Source: Planctomycetota bacterium
GTDB lineage: Bacteria > Planctomycetota > UBA1135 > GCA-002686595
DNA length: 64,000 nucleotides
Direction: 5' to 3'
Assembly: GCA_029250885.1 (NCBI GenBank)
Contig: JAQXEK010000002.1
Location: 107,518-171,517, forward strand
This document shows, piece after piece, positions 50,601 to 58,418 of the stretch. Each line of letters starts with the position of its first letter. The stretch's first letter is position 1. The notes under the pieces are model-generated. The model did not search any database. It was not told the origin of the DNA and was given only the letters and a program-made list of their open reading frames with translations. The position numbers were made by a program, and so were the translations under genes.

Positions 50601-50824
50601 AGCCCCTGGACGTTCTCCTCGATCCGCATGCAGATCGACTTTTCAATCTCCTCGGGGGCTGCCCCCGGGTACGGCATCTGGATGATCACCGAGTCTACGA
50701 CGATGGTGGGTATGACCTCTTGGCGCAGGGTCGGCAGTACGCCAAGGCCCAGCACCACGACAGCGAACATAAGTAAATTTGCCGCGACACTGTTGCCGGC
50801 GAACCACGCGATGACAGTCTTCAT
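47612..50824 (-). CDS. RND efflux permease (AcrB/CzcA family)
   Basis: 1070 aa, 12 TM segments with two large periplasmic loops; N-terminus MKTVIAWFAGNSVAANLLM. Confidence 0.9.
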   Translation of the reverse strand: MKTVIAWFAGNSVAANLLMFAVVVLGLGVLPTLRQEVIPTIVVDSVIIQMPYPGAAPEEIEKSICMRIEENVQGLSGVDEVSSTASESMGTVTVKLLFGTNRNVMLADVKSAVDRIDSFPDGAEEPIVSLVDLNDSAMKVVVWGDADARTLRQVSADIQSGLTGLDNISLVKLVNAPAYEMSIEVREQDLRRFGMTFDEVAQAIRQSSLDIPTGSIKTGGGEILLRGKGQSYSGKDFAAITLRHLANGTELALGDVADIRDGFADTDQALRFNGKPAAMIDIFRVGDQDALAIGPAAQKFLDEYQAKLPDELVLSITGDETAMLKDRLSLMLENGAQGLVLVLITLALFLRLRLALWVTVGIPVSFLGGIWLMPYMDVSVNMISLFAFIIVLGIVVDDAIVVAENIHHNRQTKRGKKDGLWAATTGTVEMSKPVTFAILTTMVAFTPMLFMPGTMGQFSRNIPLIVIAVLIFSMVESLLVLPAHLRHLPADNSLENPGLLGTLQNGVDKGLSVFISRVYKPSLEFGLTFRYATLTAGIAMFVVTLALPTAGWLKFNFFPQIEADNVAVGLTMPLGTPLTVTEDAILQFEEVAKDLGRELEEREGRPIVVSILTALGGQPYREKQSRAGGSSGSTYSGAHLAEINVELVSAEYRQIASQEFADLWEERAGSVPGAEALTFSADMMGGDGDIDVQLRGDDMLELRGLADELKSKLGAMNGVIAVRDNFAAGKRELEIGITPEGEAAGLTYFELVRQVRQAFYGEEVQTIQRGRDEVKVFVRYTKTERRTLAALENMRIRLADGTELPFGQVATVTPGIGYSTINRANRGRTINVVADLNTKLLTPNALEATLTEVTLPALLADHPNVATSFEGAGKEQKNFMGEMMRNGITAFIGMFILLAVPLRSYTRPLAIMLAIPFGLIGAFWGHMITGFDLSMFSIIGIMALTGIVVNDSLVLIDFTDKQRKENGLNARDAVIAGGTRRFRAILLTTLTTFAGLTPLLLEKSMQARFMLPMAVSLAFGVVFATFITLVLIPAFYLIIEDFHVMPGKLKRTLGKVKGLWASGGAPVDEA

Positions 50825-51984
50825 GAGCCCGGTTGCTCCACGAGCACATCCATGCCCTCGACGGAGATTGTGGGCACCAAGGTCACCAGGCGCAGGGTCT
50901 TCCCGTCCATGAAGTCACCGGCGATCAGGGCTTCCGTATTGGTGTACTTGAAGAACTCTGGTTGGTGGCGGCGCAGCTTGCTGTCCGCGTCGACGGAGAA
51001 GAAGCTGCCATCCACTTGAAGGGCCGTGCGCGGGATCGCCGTTACGGGGACGTTCTCAAGCCCGCGAATCTTGGCCGTCACAAACAGGCCGGGCAAGAGG
51101 CTCGAGATATCCATGGTGGGGCTCCCAGGGGAGGGGCCCAGCAGGGTTGCAATCAACGTGACCACCGGGTTGCGGCTGTCCAGCATCGGAACCGTACGCG
51201 CCCCTGTTGCGCGCCAGGTGTGCAGCCTGCCACCGATCTCAGCGCTGACTTCCAGCTCTAACTTCTGCGCGCCATGACCTGCCAAGTCCAAGTCGATAAA
51301 GCCCAGCTCGCTGTGGGGGATCGTGAGGCGCACCTCGAGGTCATCGACCTTCTCAATGGTCAACATCGTCGCGCCAGGTACAACACGCTGACCGAACTCG
51401 ACCATCTTGGCCACGACGCGCCCATCAAAAGGCATGCGCAGGACCGCGCGATCCAGGGCCAGTTGGGCTTGACCTTCGGACACCTTTGCGCCCTCGACGG
51501 CTGCCCTGGCTGCTGCGATCTGAAGTGCGCGCGTGACTAGGGGCGGCGGCGTTCCTTCGTGTATGGCCTGCCAGTCTTCCACAGCGACCTTGGCATTCTC
51601 CAGCTCTAGGTCTAGGGCTGCTATCCGCGCCTTGGTGTTCGCGGTCGCTGCTTGTAACGCCAGGGTGTAGTCGGCTTCGTCGATCGCGGCCAGCTCGATG
51701 CCTTGCTTGATAAAGGCGCCCTCTTGCAGGGCTGGAAGCACGCGAACTATACGGCCTGATATTTCAGGTGTGATGTCCAAGCGGCTGGGGGAGGTCACCA
51801 TGCCCTCGGCCCGGATGAACAACCCGCGCCGCTCGCCAACGACGGGTAGGACCTCGACGGTCGGCACAAAGGCGACCTCCTCTTTGGGGGGCACCACCGG
51901 GCCGTTCTCTAGCAGGTAAAGACGACCAAAATACGCGCCCGTGGCAATCAGGGCGATCAGAACGATTTGAATGAGGATCTTCAT
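50821..51984 (-). CDS. RND efflux periplasmic adaptor (membrane fusion protein, HlyD family)
   Basis: Signal/TM segment, coiled-coil hairpin, lipoyl and beta-barrel segments; start/stop overlaps with the flanking efflux genes. Confidence 0.85.
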   Translation of the reverse strand: MKILIQIVLIALIATGAYFGRLYLLENGPVVPPKEEVAFVPTVEVLPVVGERRGLFIRAEGMVTSPSRLDITPEISGRIVRVLPALQEGAFIKQGIELAAIDEADYTLALQAATANTKARIAALDLELENAKVAVEDWQAIHEGTPPPLVTRALQIAAARAAVEGAKVSEGQAQLALDRAVLRMPFDGRVVAKMVEFGQRVVPGATMLTIEKVDDLEVRLTIPHSELGFIDLDLAGHGAQKLELEVSAEIGGRLHTWRATGARTVPMLDSRNPVVTLIATLLGPSPGSPTMDISSLLPGLFVTAKIRGLENVPVTAIPRTALQVDGSFFSVDADSKLRRHQPEFFKYTNTEALIAGDFMDGKTLRLVTLVPTISVEGMDVLVEQPGS

Positions 51985-53432
51985 AGGGAGTTCTCCCGAG
52001 GGGCTTCTTGGGACGAGTCGGGAGATGTGGTGGGTGAGGCGTCGAAGCCGCCACCGAGGGATGCGATCAAGTCGATGCGCGCACGGCGCAGTAGAGTTTG
52101 CAAAGCGAGCTCCGCGCGGTTGTTGCGCAATTGGTCCGCGCGAATGGAGTAGACCACCGCCACGGCACCGGTGCCCTGGCGGTGGTGGCGTGCGGCGGCC
52201 TCTTCTAGGTCGGTGAGCTTCTGCCCCAGCAGCTGGACTTCGCCCAGGCGATTGGCAATGAGGTCTTCGTTGGCCGTGGCGACCTGCACCTCGGCGAGAG
52301 CGTCCAGGGCAGCGGTGGCAAATTGATAGAGCGCAGCGTCGCGTGCCGCAACGGCGGCATCCTTAGAGGCTTCTAGTTGGCCACCATTGAGGATCGGCGC
52401 CAGCAAGTTCGCACCCAGGCTCCAGACGCGAAAGTCGCCGTTGAGCAGGTCTTCCAGGTCCGAGGCATTCGTCCCGGCTGAAGCGCTAAGGCTGATCTGC
52501 GGGTACAGCGCGGCATGGCTGACTTCGGCCTGGGCGAAGGCGATCTGGACGTCGAGCTCGAGGGTGGCCAGGTCTGGGCGGCGCTGCAGAAGTGTTGCGG
52601 GAAGGCCCGCGGCGGGGGCGGCTTGGAGGGGACCGAAGCGCAGTGCGCCAAATTGGATCTTGCCACCCGGGCGTCCGACGAGTGCGGCTAGGCCAGGCTG
52701 CAAAATAGCCACGCTGTGGGCGGCTTCGGTGACGCCATTTGAGGCGTCCTGCAGGGCGACCCGCGCGGCAAGGACGGACTCTTGGGAGCCGCGGCCCATG
52801 GCGTCCAGGCGCTCAACTGCGGCTAGGGCAAAGTCGGCGTTGGACTCGAGCTCCTTGGCGATTTCCAGGGCGAGTCGCGCCTCGATCAAGGCGAAGTACG
52901 AGCGCGCGACGCCGGTGGTAAGGGCCAAGCGCGCGGCCTGTTCGTCCACCAAGGACTTGGTCACGCCCAGTGCGGCCCCGCGCTGGGCAGCCTCCAATCG
53001 CCCCCAGAGGTCAAGCTCCCAGCTCGCATTCAAGGAGAGCCCGTGGGCGCTGGAGGTGCTCGAAGACACGTCCGAGCCGGGGATCGGCAGGCCGATGAAG
53101 ACCTGGCGCCGCCGGGCCAAGTTTAGGCCGGCCGTGACCTGGGGATCGCTGGCCCCGCCGCTTGCGGCCAGGCTAGCCGCGGCGACGCGAACCCGGGCGC
53201 CGGCGGCGACCAGGGACGGCGAGTTCGCGAGGGCCTCCTCGATCAGGCCGTCGAGCTTCTGATCGCCAAACTGCTTCCACCAGTCCGCTGGGATCGGGGC
53301 CGCTGCGGTGGGGGAGCTGGCGAGCTGGGGCAGGACGTCCCGGACATCCACGCGCTCGGGAGCAGCCGACTGGCAGCCCGTCCCAAGCACAAGGGCGCCT
53401 ATTAGCGCGACGTAGGTTGGAGTGTGTCTCAT
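51981..53432 (-). CDS. Outer-membrane efflux protein (TolC family)
   Basis: Two tandem OEP repeats, signal peptide, lipobox-like LGTGC. Confidence 0.8.
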   Translation of the reverse strand: MRHTPTYVALIGALVLGTGCQSAAPERVDVRDVLPQLASSPTAAAPIPADWWKQFGDQKLDGLIEEALANSPSLVAAGARVRVAAASLAASGGASDPQVTAGLNLARRRQVFIGLPIPGSDVSSSTSSAHGLSLNASWELDLWGRLEAAQRGAALGVTKSLVDEQAARLALTTGVARSYFALIEARLALEIAKELESNADFALAAVERLDAMGRGSQESVLAARVALQDASNGVTEAAHSVAILQPGLAALVGRPGGKIQFGALRFGPLQAAPAAGLPATLLQRRPDLATLELDVQIAFAQAEVSHAALYPQISLSASAGTNASDLEDLLNGDFRVWSLGANLLAPILNGGQLEASKDAAVAARDAALYQFATAALDALAEVQVATANEDLIANRLGEVQLLGQKLTDLEEAAARHHRQGTGAVAVVYSIRADQLRNNRAELALQTLLRRARIDLIASLGGGFDASPTTSPDSSQEAPRENSL

Positions 53433-53447
53433 GGTGTTGTTTGTGTC

Positions 53448-54104
53448 TTAGCCCTTGGGGACGAGCTGCATGAAGCCGGCCGAGCTGAACTGCACGAGCT
53501 CTTCGAGCAGCTGGTCTTGCTTCAGGTTGCTGACCGGAAGGTCGGGAACGCAATCCCTGGGATCCCACTCACTCAAGCAGTGCAGCATGGAGCCGATCAT
53601 GAAGTGAGCGCGCAGGAAGATGCGGTCCGCCTCGACCCCAGGCAGCGCTCGCGTCAAGGCCCCAAGTGTGCGCATGGCGATCGGGCCAAGCACCTCCTGC
53701 AGGTACTCCATCGCTACGGGATCCGGCGAGTGGTGGAGCCGTGACATGAGCCGCGTAAAGGTCTGCCGAGCTTTGGGCGCTTGGTCGAAAATAGGCCGCA
53801 AAAACGCGTCCAAGATCTGCTCCACCGTAGGCGGGACATCCCCCGCCTCGAGCGCATCGAGCATCCTCATCCTCACCTCATTGACCGGATTGATGCGCCG
53901 CCCCAGCACCTCCCGCAGCAGCCCATCCTTGGACCCAAAGTGATAGCTCACCGACGCCAGGTTCGCCTTGGCCTCCGTAGTGATCTGCCGCAAAGAAGTG
54001 CCCGACACCCCAAAGTCCGCAAACAGCGTCTCCGCAGCATCCAACAGCCTCTCCGCAGTCTCATTTCCGCCCTGACGGCCACCATCTAGCTCTTGTGTAC
54101 TCAT
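53448..54104 (-). CDS. TetR-family transcriptional regulator
   Basis: HTH block TSLRQITTEAKANLASVSYHFGSKDGLL; first gene of the efflux operon. Confidence 0.85.
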   Translation of the reverse strand: MSTQELDGGRQGGNETAERLLDAAETLFADFGVSGTSLRQITTEAKANLASVSYHFGSKDGLLREVLGRRINPVNEVRMRMLDALEAGDVPPTVEQILDAFLRPIFDQAPKARQTFTRLMSRLHHSPDPVAMEYLQEVLGPIAMRTLGALTRALPGVEADRIFLRAHFMIGSMLHCLSEWDPRDCVPDLPVSNLKQDQLLEELVQFSSAGFMQLVPKG

Positions 54105-54106
54105 TT

Positions 54107-54131
54107 AAACGAACGTTCTAAACGATCGTTT
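54107..54131. promoter_or_regulatory. Putative TetR operator: two adjacent palindromes immediately upstream of tetR
   Basis: GAACGTTC (8-bp palindrome) followed by AAACGATCGTTT (12-bp perfect palindrome), 3-28 bp upstream of the tetR start codon. Confidence 0.45.
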
Positions 54132-54464
54132 GAACCCTGCCAACCCCCCTAACCAGCCTTTTACCCGACCTGAAGCCCAATTAGCTAAGGAGCACCGCCG
54201 TCAAACAGCGTCGTCCCCCCTTACTTAAGGGTCGTCGTGCCCCCCAAGTGTGTCTCTTTCGCCGGGGGTCGGAGGAATCCCCCCTGTCCGTCCGGGGTTC
54301 TAGAGTCGCCCCCTGGCGAAAGAGACGCTGGGCGCCAGGCGTCCCCAACCGCGCGCAGCGCCCCAATCAAGCCCCTTAACTTAGGAAAGCCAGCCGCAGC
54401 TCCCCCCTCGCAGCGCTACTTCCACAAAATCCCCCCCACTCCCAAGTAAGTCTCCACGAACCCC

Positions 54465-54492
54465 TTGACCCTCCCCCCCAAGGTGGTATGTT
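54465..54492 (+). promoter_or_regulatory. Putative sigma70-type promoter for tRNA-Gly
   Basis: TTGACC-N16-TATGTT ending 16 bp upstream of the tRNA 5' end. Confidence 0.4.
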
Positions 54493-54508
54493 TACGCCCC
54501 GCTTGAGA

Positions 54509-54583
54509 GCGGCTGTAGCTCAGTGGTAGAGCGCAACCTTGCCAAGGTTGATGTCGAGGGTTCAAATCCCTTCAGCCGCTCCA
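54509..54583 (+). tRNA. tRNA-Gly (anticodon GCC), CCA encoded
   Basis: Manual cloverleaf: acceptor stem GCGGCTG/CAGCCGC, U8 A9, D-stem GCTC/GAGC, anticodon stem CAACC/GGTTG with loop TTGCCAA (anticodon GCC), T-arm GAGGG-TTCAAAT-CCCTT, discriminator T, CCA. Confidence 0.9.
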
Positions 54584-54879
54584 TTTTCTTCCCCCTCCGA
54601 CTCGCAAAGGAGGCCGCCAAATCGGCCTGGAAGACTCTGGATCATCCCCTGGGGACCCAATCCGCCTCAATGGCCGAAGGTCTATCTAGCGCTTGCTCGC
54701 ATCAGGCCCTTCCATCCGGTGAGCTACTTGGAACCAAGGACCCCTATCACCCGAGCTCATCGCGTCTCTGCGAGCGTCCTATCGGATCGGCGGCAAAGAA
54801 GTTTTCGGTCGGATCGTCAAGTGCGGCAGCTCCTCGAGAAAGAGCCCACGACCGAGCAGCTTCTCGGCAGAGGAGTTGA

Positions 54880-55485
54880 TTACCTACTGGGGGTCTCGAG
54901 CGAGGCAACTTTGACAAGGATGCCGTGCTTGAGGTGGTACTCGACCGATCTCTCGCCGCCGCTGGGACGCACATTCGAGTCTCCGTCCTTGTAAATGGGG
55001 TAGCGATGCAGAATGCCCTTTTGGGAGAAGGTGACTTCGCCATGGCCCATGTAGCCAGCTGTCATCACCGCCGGGAGAGAACCGGCATTGCACTGAACCC
55101 ACTGCTCGTTCTCCCGTTCTAGCAGGAGGACTTGGAGATAGGCACCCGAGCCACAGGCCCTCGCGACTAGGGCGAGCTCCAGATTGCCGTCCTCGTCCAA
55201 ATCACATGTGGAAGCCGAGACGAGCTGTCCATCAAGAAGATCGCTTGGGATTCGAAGCGGAGCCTCGTTTTCGAGCGAGATAATATGGATGGGTAAACAC
55301 GCCGAGCCCGAGTCGTCCGAATCGATGTGAAGGTTGGCGCCATTCAGGCTGAGCTCTAGCGGGCCTGAGCCATACTTTGTTGTCGGCGTGAAGGCGTAGA
55401 CGGTTCCCGACGGAAGGAACCCAAACGCGAGATAGCCAGCAAAGACGAGAAGTAAGATTGAGAAAACGGGAATCGTGCGGATCAT
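54880..55485 (-). CDS. Hypothetical membrane-anchored protein in the lower-GC islet downstream of tRNA-Gly
   Basis: 201-aa ORF with an N-terminal TM segment (IPVFSILLLVFAGYLAFGFL). GC is visibly lower (~55%) than the flanking sequence; no family recognised. Confidence 0.4.
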   Translation of the reverse strand: MIRTIPVFSILLLVFAGYLAFGFLPSGTVYAFTPTTKYGSGPLELSLNGANLHIDSDDSGSACLPIHIISLENEAPLRIPSDLLDGQLVSASTCDLDEDGNLELALVARACGSGAYLQVLLLERENEQWVQCNAGSLPAVMTAGYMGHGEVTFSQKGILHRYPIYKDGDSNVRPSGGERSVEYHLKHGILVKVASLETPSR

Positions 55486-55832
55486 TTGTGCACCCTAGCG
55501 CGTGGTCTTGGCGGAGTCCACTAGTGCCGGTCGCAGGACTCAAGAGTGTCCCGAAGTCGGGACGGGAATCTTGTTTTTCTGACGGACTTCGAAAGGATGG
55601 CGATGGCACGTTGCATGTCTTCACCTTCGAGCCCACCCCTACGCTCAAGGTCCAAACGAAGGCGGAATCCCAGACTTTCCCGATGGTATAAGGCCACAAT
55701 CTCGCGACTTGGAAGACGGGTTAGCCCAGCCGGGCAATCTACTTTTAGGAGCTGTCTCACACAAAAACGGGCTGACCGCTAACTCCCGGAATCGCGTCCC
55801 GCTAGAGTGGAATCATCCATCCCGGAGGAGCT

Positions 55833-57518
55833 TTGAGTTCGACCAATCATGGGCCTGACGGCCAAGGTGTGACCGCCGCATCGATGCGGGTTTTGATCTG
55901 TGATGACCTGTCGCCCAAGGCGATGGAGGTCTTTGGCGAGTACGGCATCGTGCCTGAGATCTGCCTAGGCATGGACGAGGACACCCTTGTGCAGAAGGCC
56001 GCCGATGCGGATGCCTTGGTGGTGCGGTCGGCTACGCGCATCACGCGGCGAGTGATCGAAGCTGCGGGCCAGCTCAAGGTCGTGGGACGCGCGGGCGTCG
56101 GCGTGGACAACGTCGACTGCGCGGCGGCGACCGAATCCGGCGTGGTGGTGATGAACACGCCCACGGGGAACACGACTACCACGGGGGAGCTCGCGATCGC
56201 ACTGCTGGTCTCGCTAGCGCGGCACATTCCACGGGCCGACCGCGAGGTGCGCGCGGGTATCTGGAAGAAGAAGGCCCTGACTGGGTCCCAACTGACCGGC
56301 AAGACCTTTGGCGTAGTCGGGCTTGGTCGCATCGGGCGCGTCGTGGCCGAGCGAGGTGTCGGACTTGCCATGAATGTCGTCGCCTACGACCCGTACTTCT
56401 CCAGCGCCGATTCCTCGCCCGTGCCTGGCGTCAAGCTGGTGCAGCTCGAGGAGCTGCTCGCGATCAGCGATTTCGTCACCCTGCACGTGCCCCTGATGGA
56501 TGCAACTCGCGGGTTGATGTCGAAGGAGCGCATCGCGTCCATGAAGCCCGGTGCGCGTCTGATTAACGCCGCCCGCGGCGGGCTCGTGGACGAGGTCGCC
56601 GTGGCCGAAGCCCTGGACTCTGGCCACTTGGCCGGTGCCGCCTTCGACGTGCTCAGCGAGGAGCCGCCCCCTGCGGACCACCCGCTGGTCGGCCGCGACG
56701 ACGTAGTACTGACCCCGCACATCGGGGCCTCCAGCACCGAGGCCCAGGTCCAGGTCGCCCTGGACATCGCTAACCAGATCGCGCGCTTCCTTCTCGAGGG
56801 CCGCGCAGACAATGCAATCAACGCTCCGGCCGTCAGCGCGGGCGACCTGGCGTTCCTCGGTCCGTACCTGAACCTGGCCGAGCGCATGGGCAGCTACCTC
56901 GCCCAGCGCTGCAAGGGGCCGGTCCGCAAGCTTGAGGTCACCTTCCTTGGCGAGCTCGAGGGCCGTGACGTGCGCGCCGTCTCCCTGGCGCTCATGGCCG
57001 GAGCCCTGTCCCACGGGACCGATAGTGGCGTCAACTTCGTCAACGCGCCGGCCCTGGCCGAAGAGCGCGGGCTGCGCCTGCTCGAGGGCCACGAGTCCGA
57101 CGCGGGCGCCTACCAGAGCCAGATCAAGGTGCGCGCTTCGACGCAGGGTGGCGAGGAGTCGTACCTAGTGGCGGGAACGGTCTTTGGCAAGAGACCCCGA
57201 TTCGTTCGGGTAGACGACCTGCATTTGGACTTTCCTCCCGAGGGACACGTACTCGTCACAAGCCACGACGATGTGCCCGGCGTGGTCGGTCGCATGGGGA
57301 CGCTGCTGGGGGAGAGCGGCGTAAATATCCGTCGCATCGAGATGGGCAAGGCGCGCCGGAATCGGGACGATCAGAAGGCCGGCGCCGTGGGCTACCTTGC
57401 CATCGACGCGGATCCCGGCAGCGAGCTCTTGGCGCGCATTGCCGACCTAGACTTCATGCGCGAGGTCAGCCTCGTGCGCCTCGGCGAGGCCACCCCGGTC
57501 TCGGGAGACCGATCGTGA
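55833..57518 (+). CDS. serA: D-3-phosphoglycerate dehydrogenase with C-terminal ACT domain
   Basis: MRVLICDDL…, NAD-binding GLGRIGRVVA, catalytic R…E…H, C-terminal ACT domain. The start may be the internal ATG at 55884. Confidence 0.85.
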   Translation: MSSTNHGPDGQGVTAASMRVLICDDLSPKAMEVFGEYGIVPEICLGMDEDTLVQKAADADALVVRSATRITRRVIEAAGQLKVVGRAGVGVDNVDCAAATESGVVVMNTPTGNTTTTGELAIALLVSLARHIPRADREVRAGIWKKKALTGSQLTGKTFGVVGLGRIGRVVAERGVGLAMNVVAYDPYFSSADSSPVPGVKLVQLEELLAISDFVTLHVPLMDATRGLMSKERIASMKPGARLINAARGGLVDEVAVAEALDSGHLAGAAFDVLSEEPPPADHPLVGRDDVVLTPHIGASSTEAQVQVALDIANQIARFLLEGRADNAINAPAVSAGDLAFLGPYLNLAERMGSYLAQRCKGPVRKLEVTFLGELEGRDVRAVSLALMAGALSHGTDSGVNFVNAPALAEERGLRLLEGHESDAGAYQSQIKVRASTQGGEESYLVAGTVFGKRPRFVRVDDLHLDFPPEGHVLVTSHDDVPGVVGRMGTLLGESGVNIRRIEMGKARRNRDDQKAGAVGYLAIDADPGSELLARIADLDFMREVSLVRLGEATPVSGDRS

Positions 57519-58384
57519 GCGAGGCGCGCTGCCTTGGGTTCGACGAGGTCCCCGAGGATTCGTCGCCTCCCTACGACGTGGTCGTCTTCGACTGCGACTC
57601 GACCCTAGCCGACTTGGAGGGCATTGATTGGTTGGCTCGCAACCTGTCCGCTGCGGACCTTGCGAAGATCGAGTCCATGACGAACGACGCCATGAATGGA
57701 GTTTTGGGGTTGGAGGAGGTCTATGGCAAGCGCCTCGAGCTGATTGCGCCAAAGCGACAGTCCATGGACGAGCTGGGCAAAGAGTACGTGCGGCGCATGT
57801 TGCCCGGAGCCGCACTGCTGGTGGACGCCTTGCACTTTTTGGGCAAGCAGGTGCACATCGTGTCCGGTGGCTTGAAGCCCGGCGTTCTCGCGATCGCAAC
57901 TGCCCTTGGCATCGACGCCCAGCGCGTCCACGCCGTCGATATCACCTTCGATCAGGGCGGCGATTACCAGGGCTTCGACGAGAGCTCGCCCCTTGCGCGC
58001 CGGGGTGGTAAGCCAGTGGTGCTAGCTGGCATCGCGCAGGTCTCAATGGCGCCGGCCAACGTGCCCACGAGCCTTTCCGAGTCCTCCGGCCAGCCCGGCA
58101 CGGCAGAGACTCTAGGTCGCGCTGGCATCACGGACACCTCCGCCGTCGACAGCGACCCTCCGAGGCGCATCTGTTTGGTTGGCGACGGCCTGACCGACCT
58201 TGAGGCTGCCCCCGTGTGCGCCCGCTTCGTCGCCTTCGGCGGCGTCATCCGCCGCGACGCCGTCTTCGACCGCGCCATCGTGCCCTGTGAAGACCGCGAC
58301 CTGGTCGCGCTAATCCCCTTGCTCACCTCTAGCGAAGAGCGCACCCGCCTTGCGTCTGCCGCGCCCTTCGTCGACCTCTTCTAG
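57515..58384 (+). CDS. serB: Phosphoserine phosphatase (HAD family), with a low-complexity insertion
   Basis: HAD motif I VVVFDCDSTL, motif II, and a C-terminal GDGLTDLEA motif. An inserted ~40-aa S/T/P/A-rich segment is present. Overlaps the serA stop by 4 nt. Confidence 0.7.
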   Translation: MSEARCLGFDEVPEDSSPPYDVVVFDCDSTLADLEGIDWLARNLSAADLAKIESMTNDAMNGVLGLEEVYGKRLELIAPKRQSMDELGKEYVRRMLPGAALLVDALHFLGKQVHIVSGGLKPGVLAIATALGIDAQRVHAVDITFDQGGDYQGFDESSPLARRGGKPVVLAGIAQVSMAPANVPTSLSESSGQPGTAETLGRAGITDTSAVDSDPPRRICLVGDGLTDLEAAPVCARFVAFGGVIRRDAVFDRAIVPCEDRDLVALIPLLTSSEERTRLASAAPFVDLF

Positions 58385-58418
58385 CCCCCGGCTCAAGACC
58401 TCCAACCCCGATCTCCCC

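Noticed and set aside
54523-54994. ORFs overlapping tRNA-Gly and its 3' flank
   Set aside because: They overlap a confidently folded tRNA, and their translations are P/S/R-rich low-complexity sequence.
54584-55832. Searched for integrase/recombinase, IS transposase or attL/attR repeats flanking the tRNA-Gly islet
   Set aside because: No recombinase-like ORF and no obvious ≥12-bp repeat of the tRNA 3' end were seen. The islet is reported only as a compositional anomaly.
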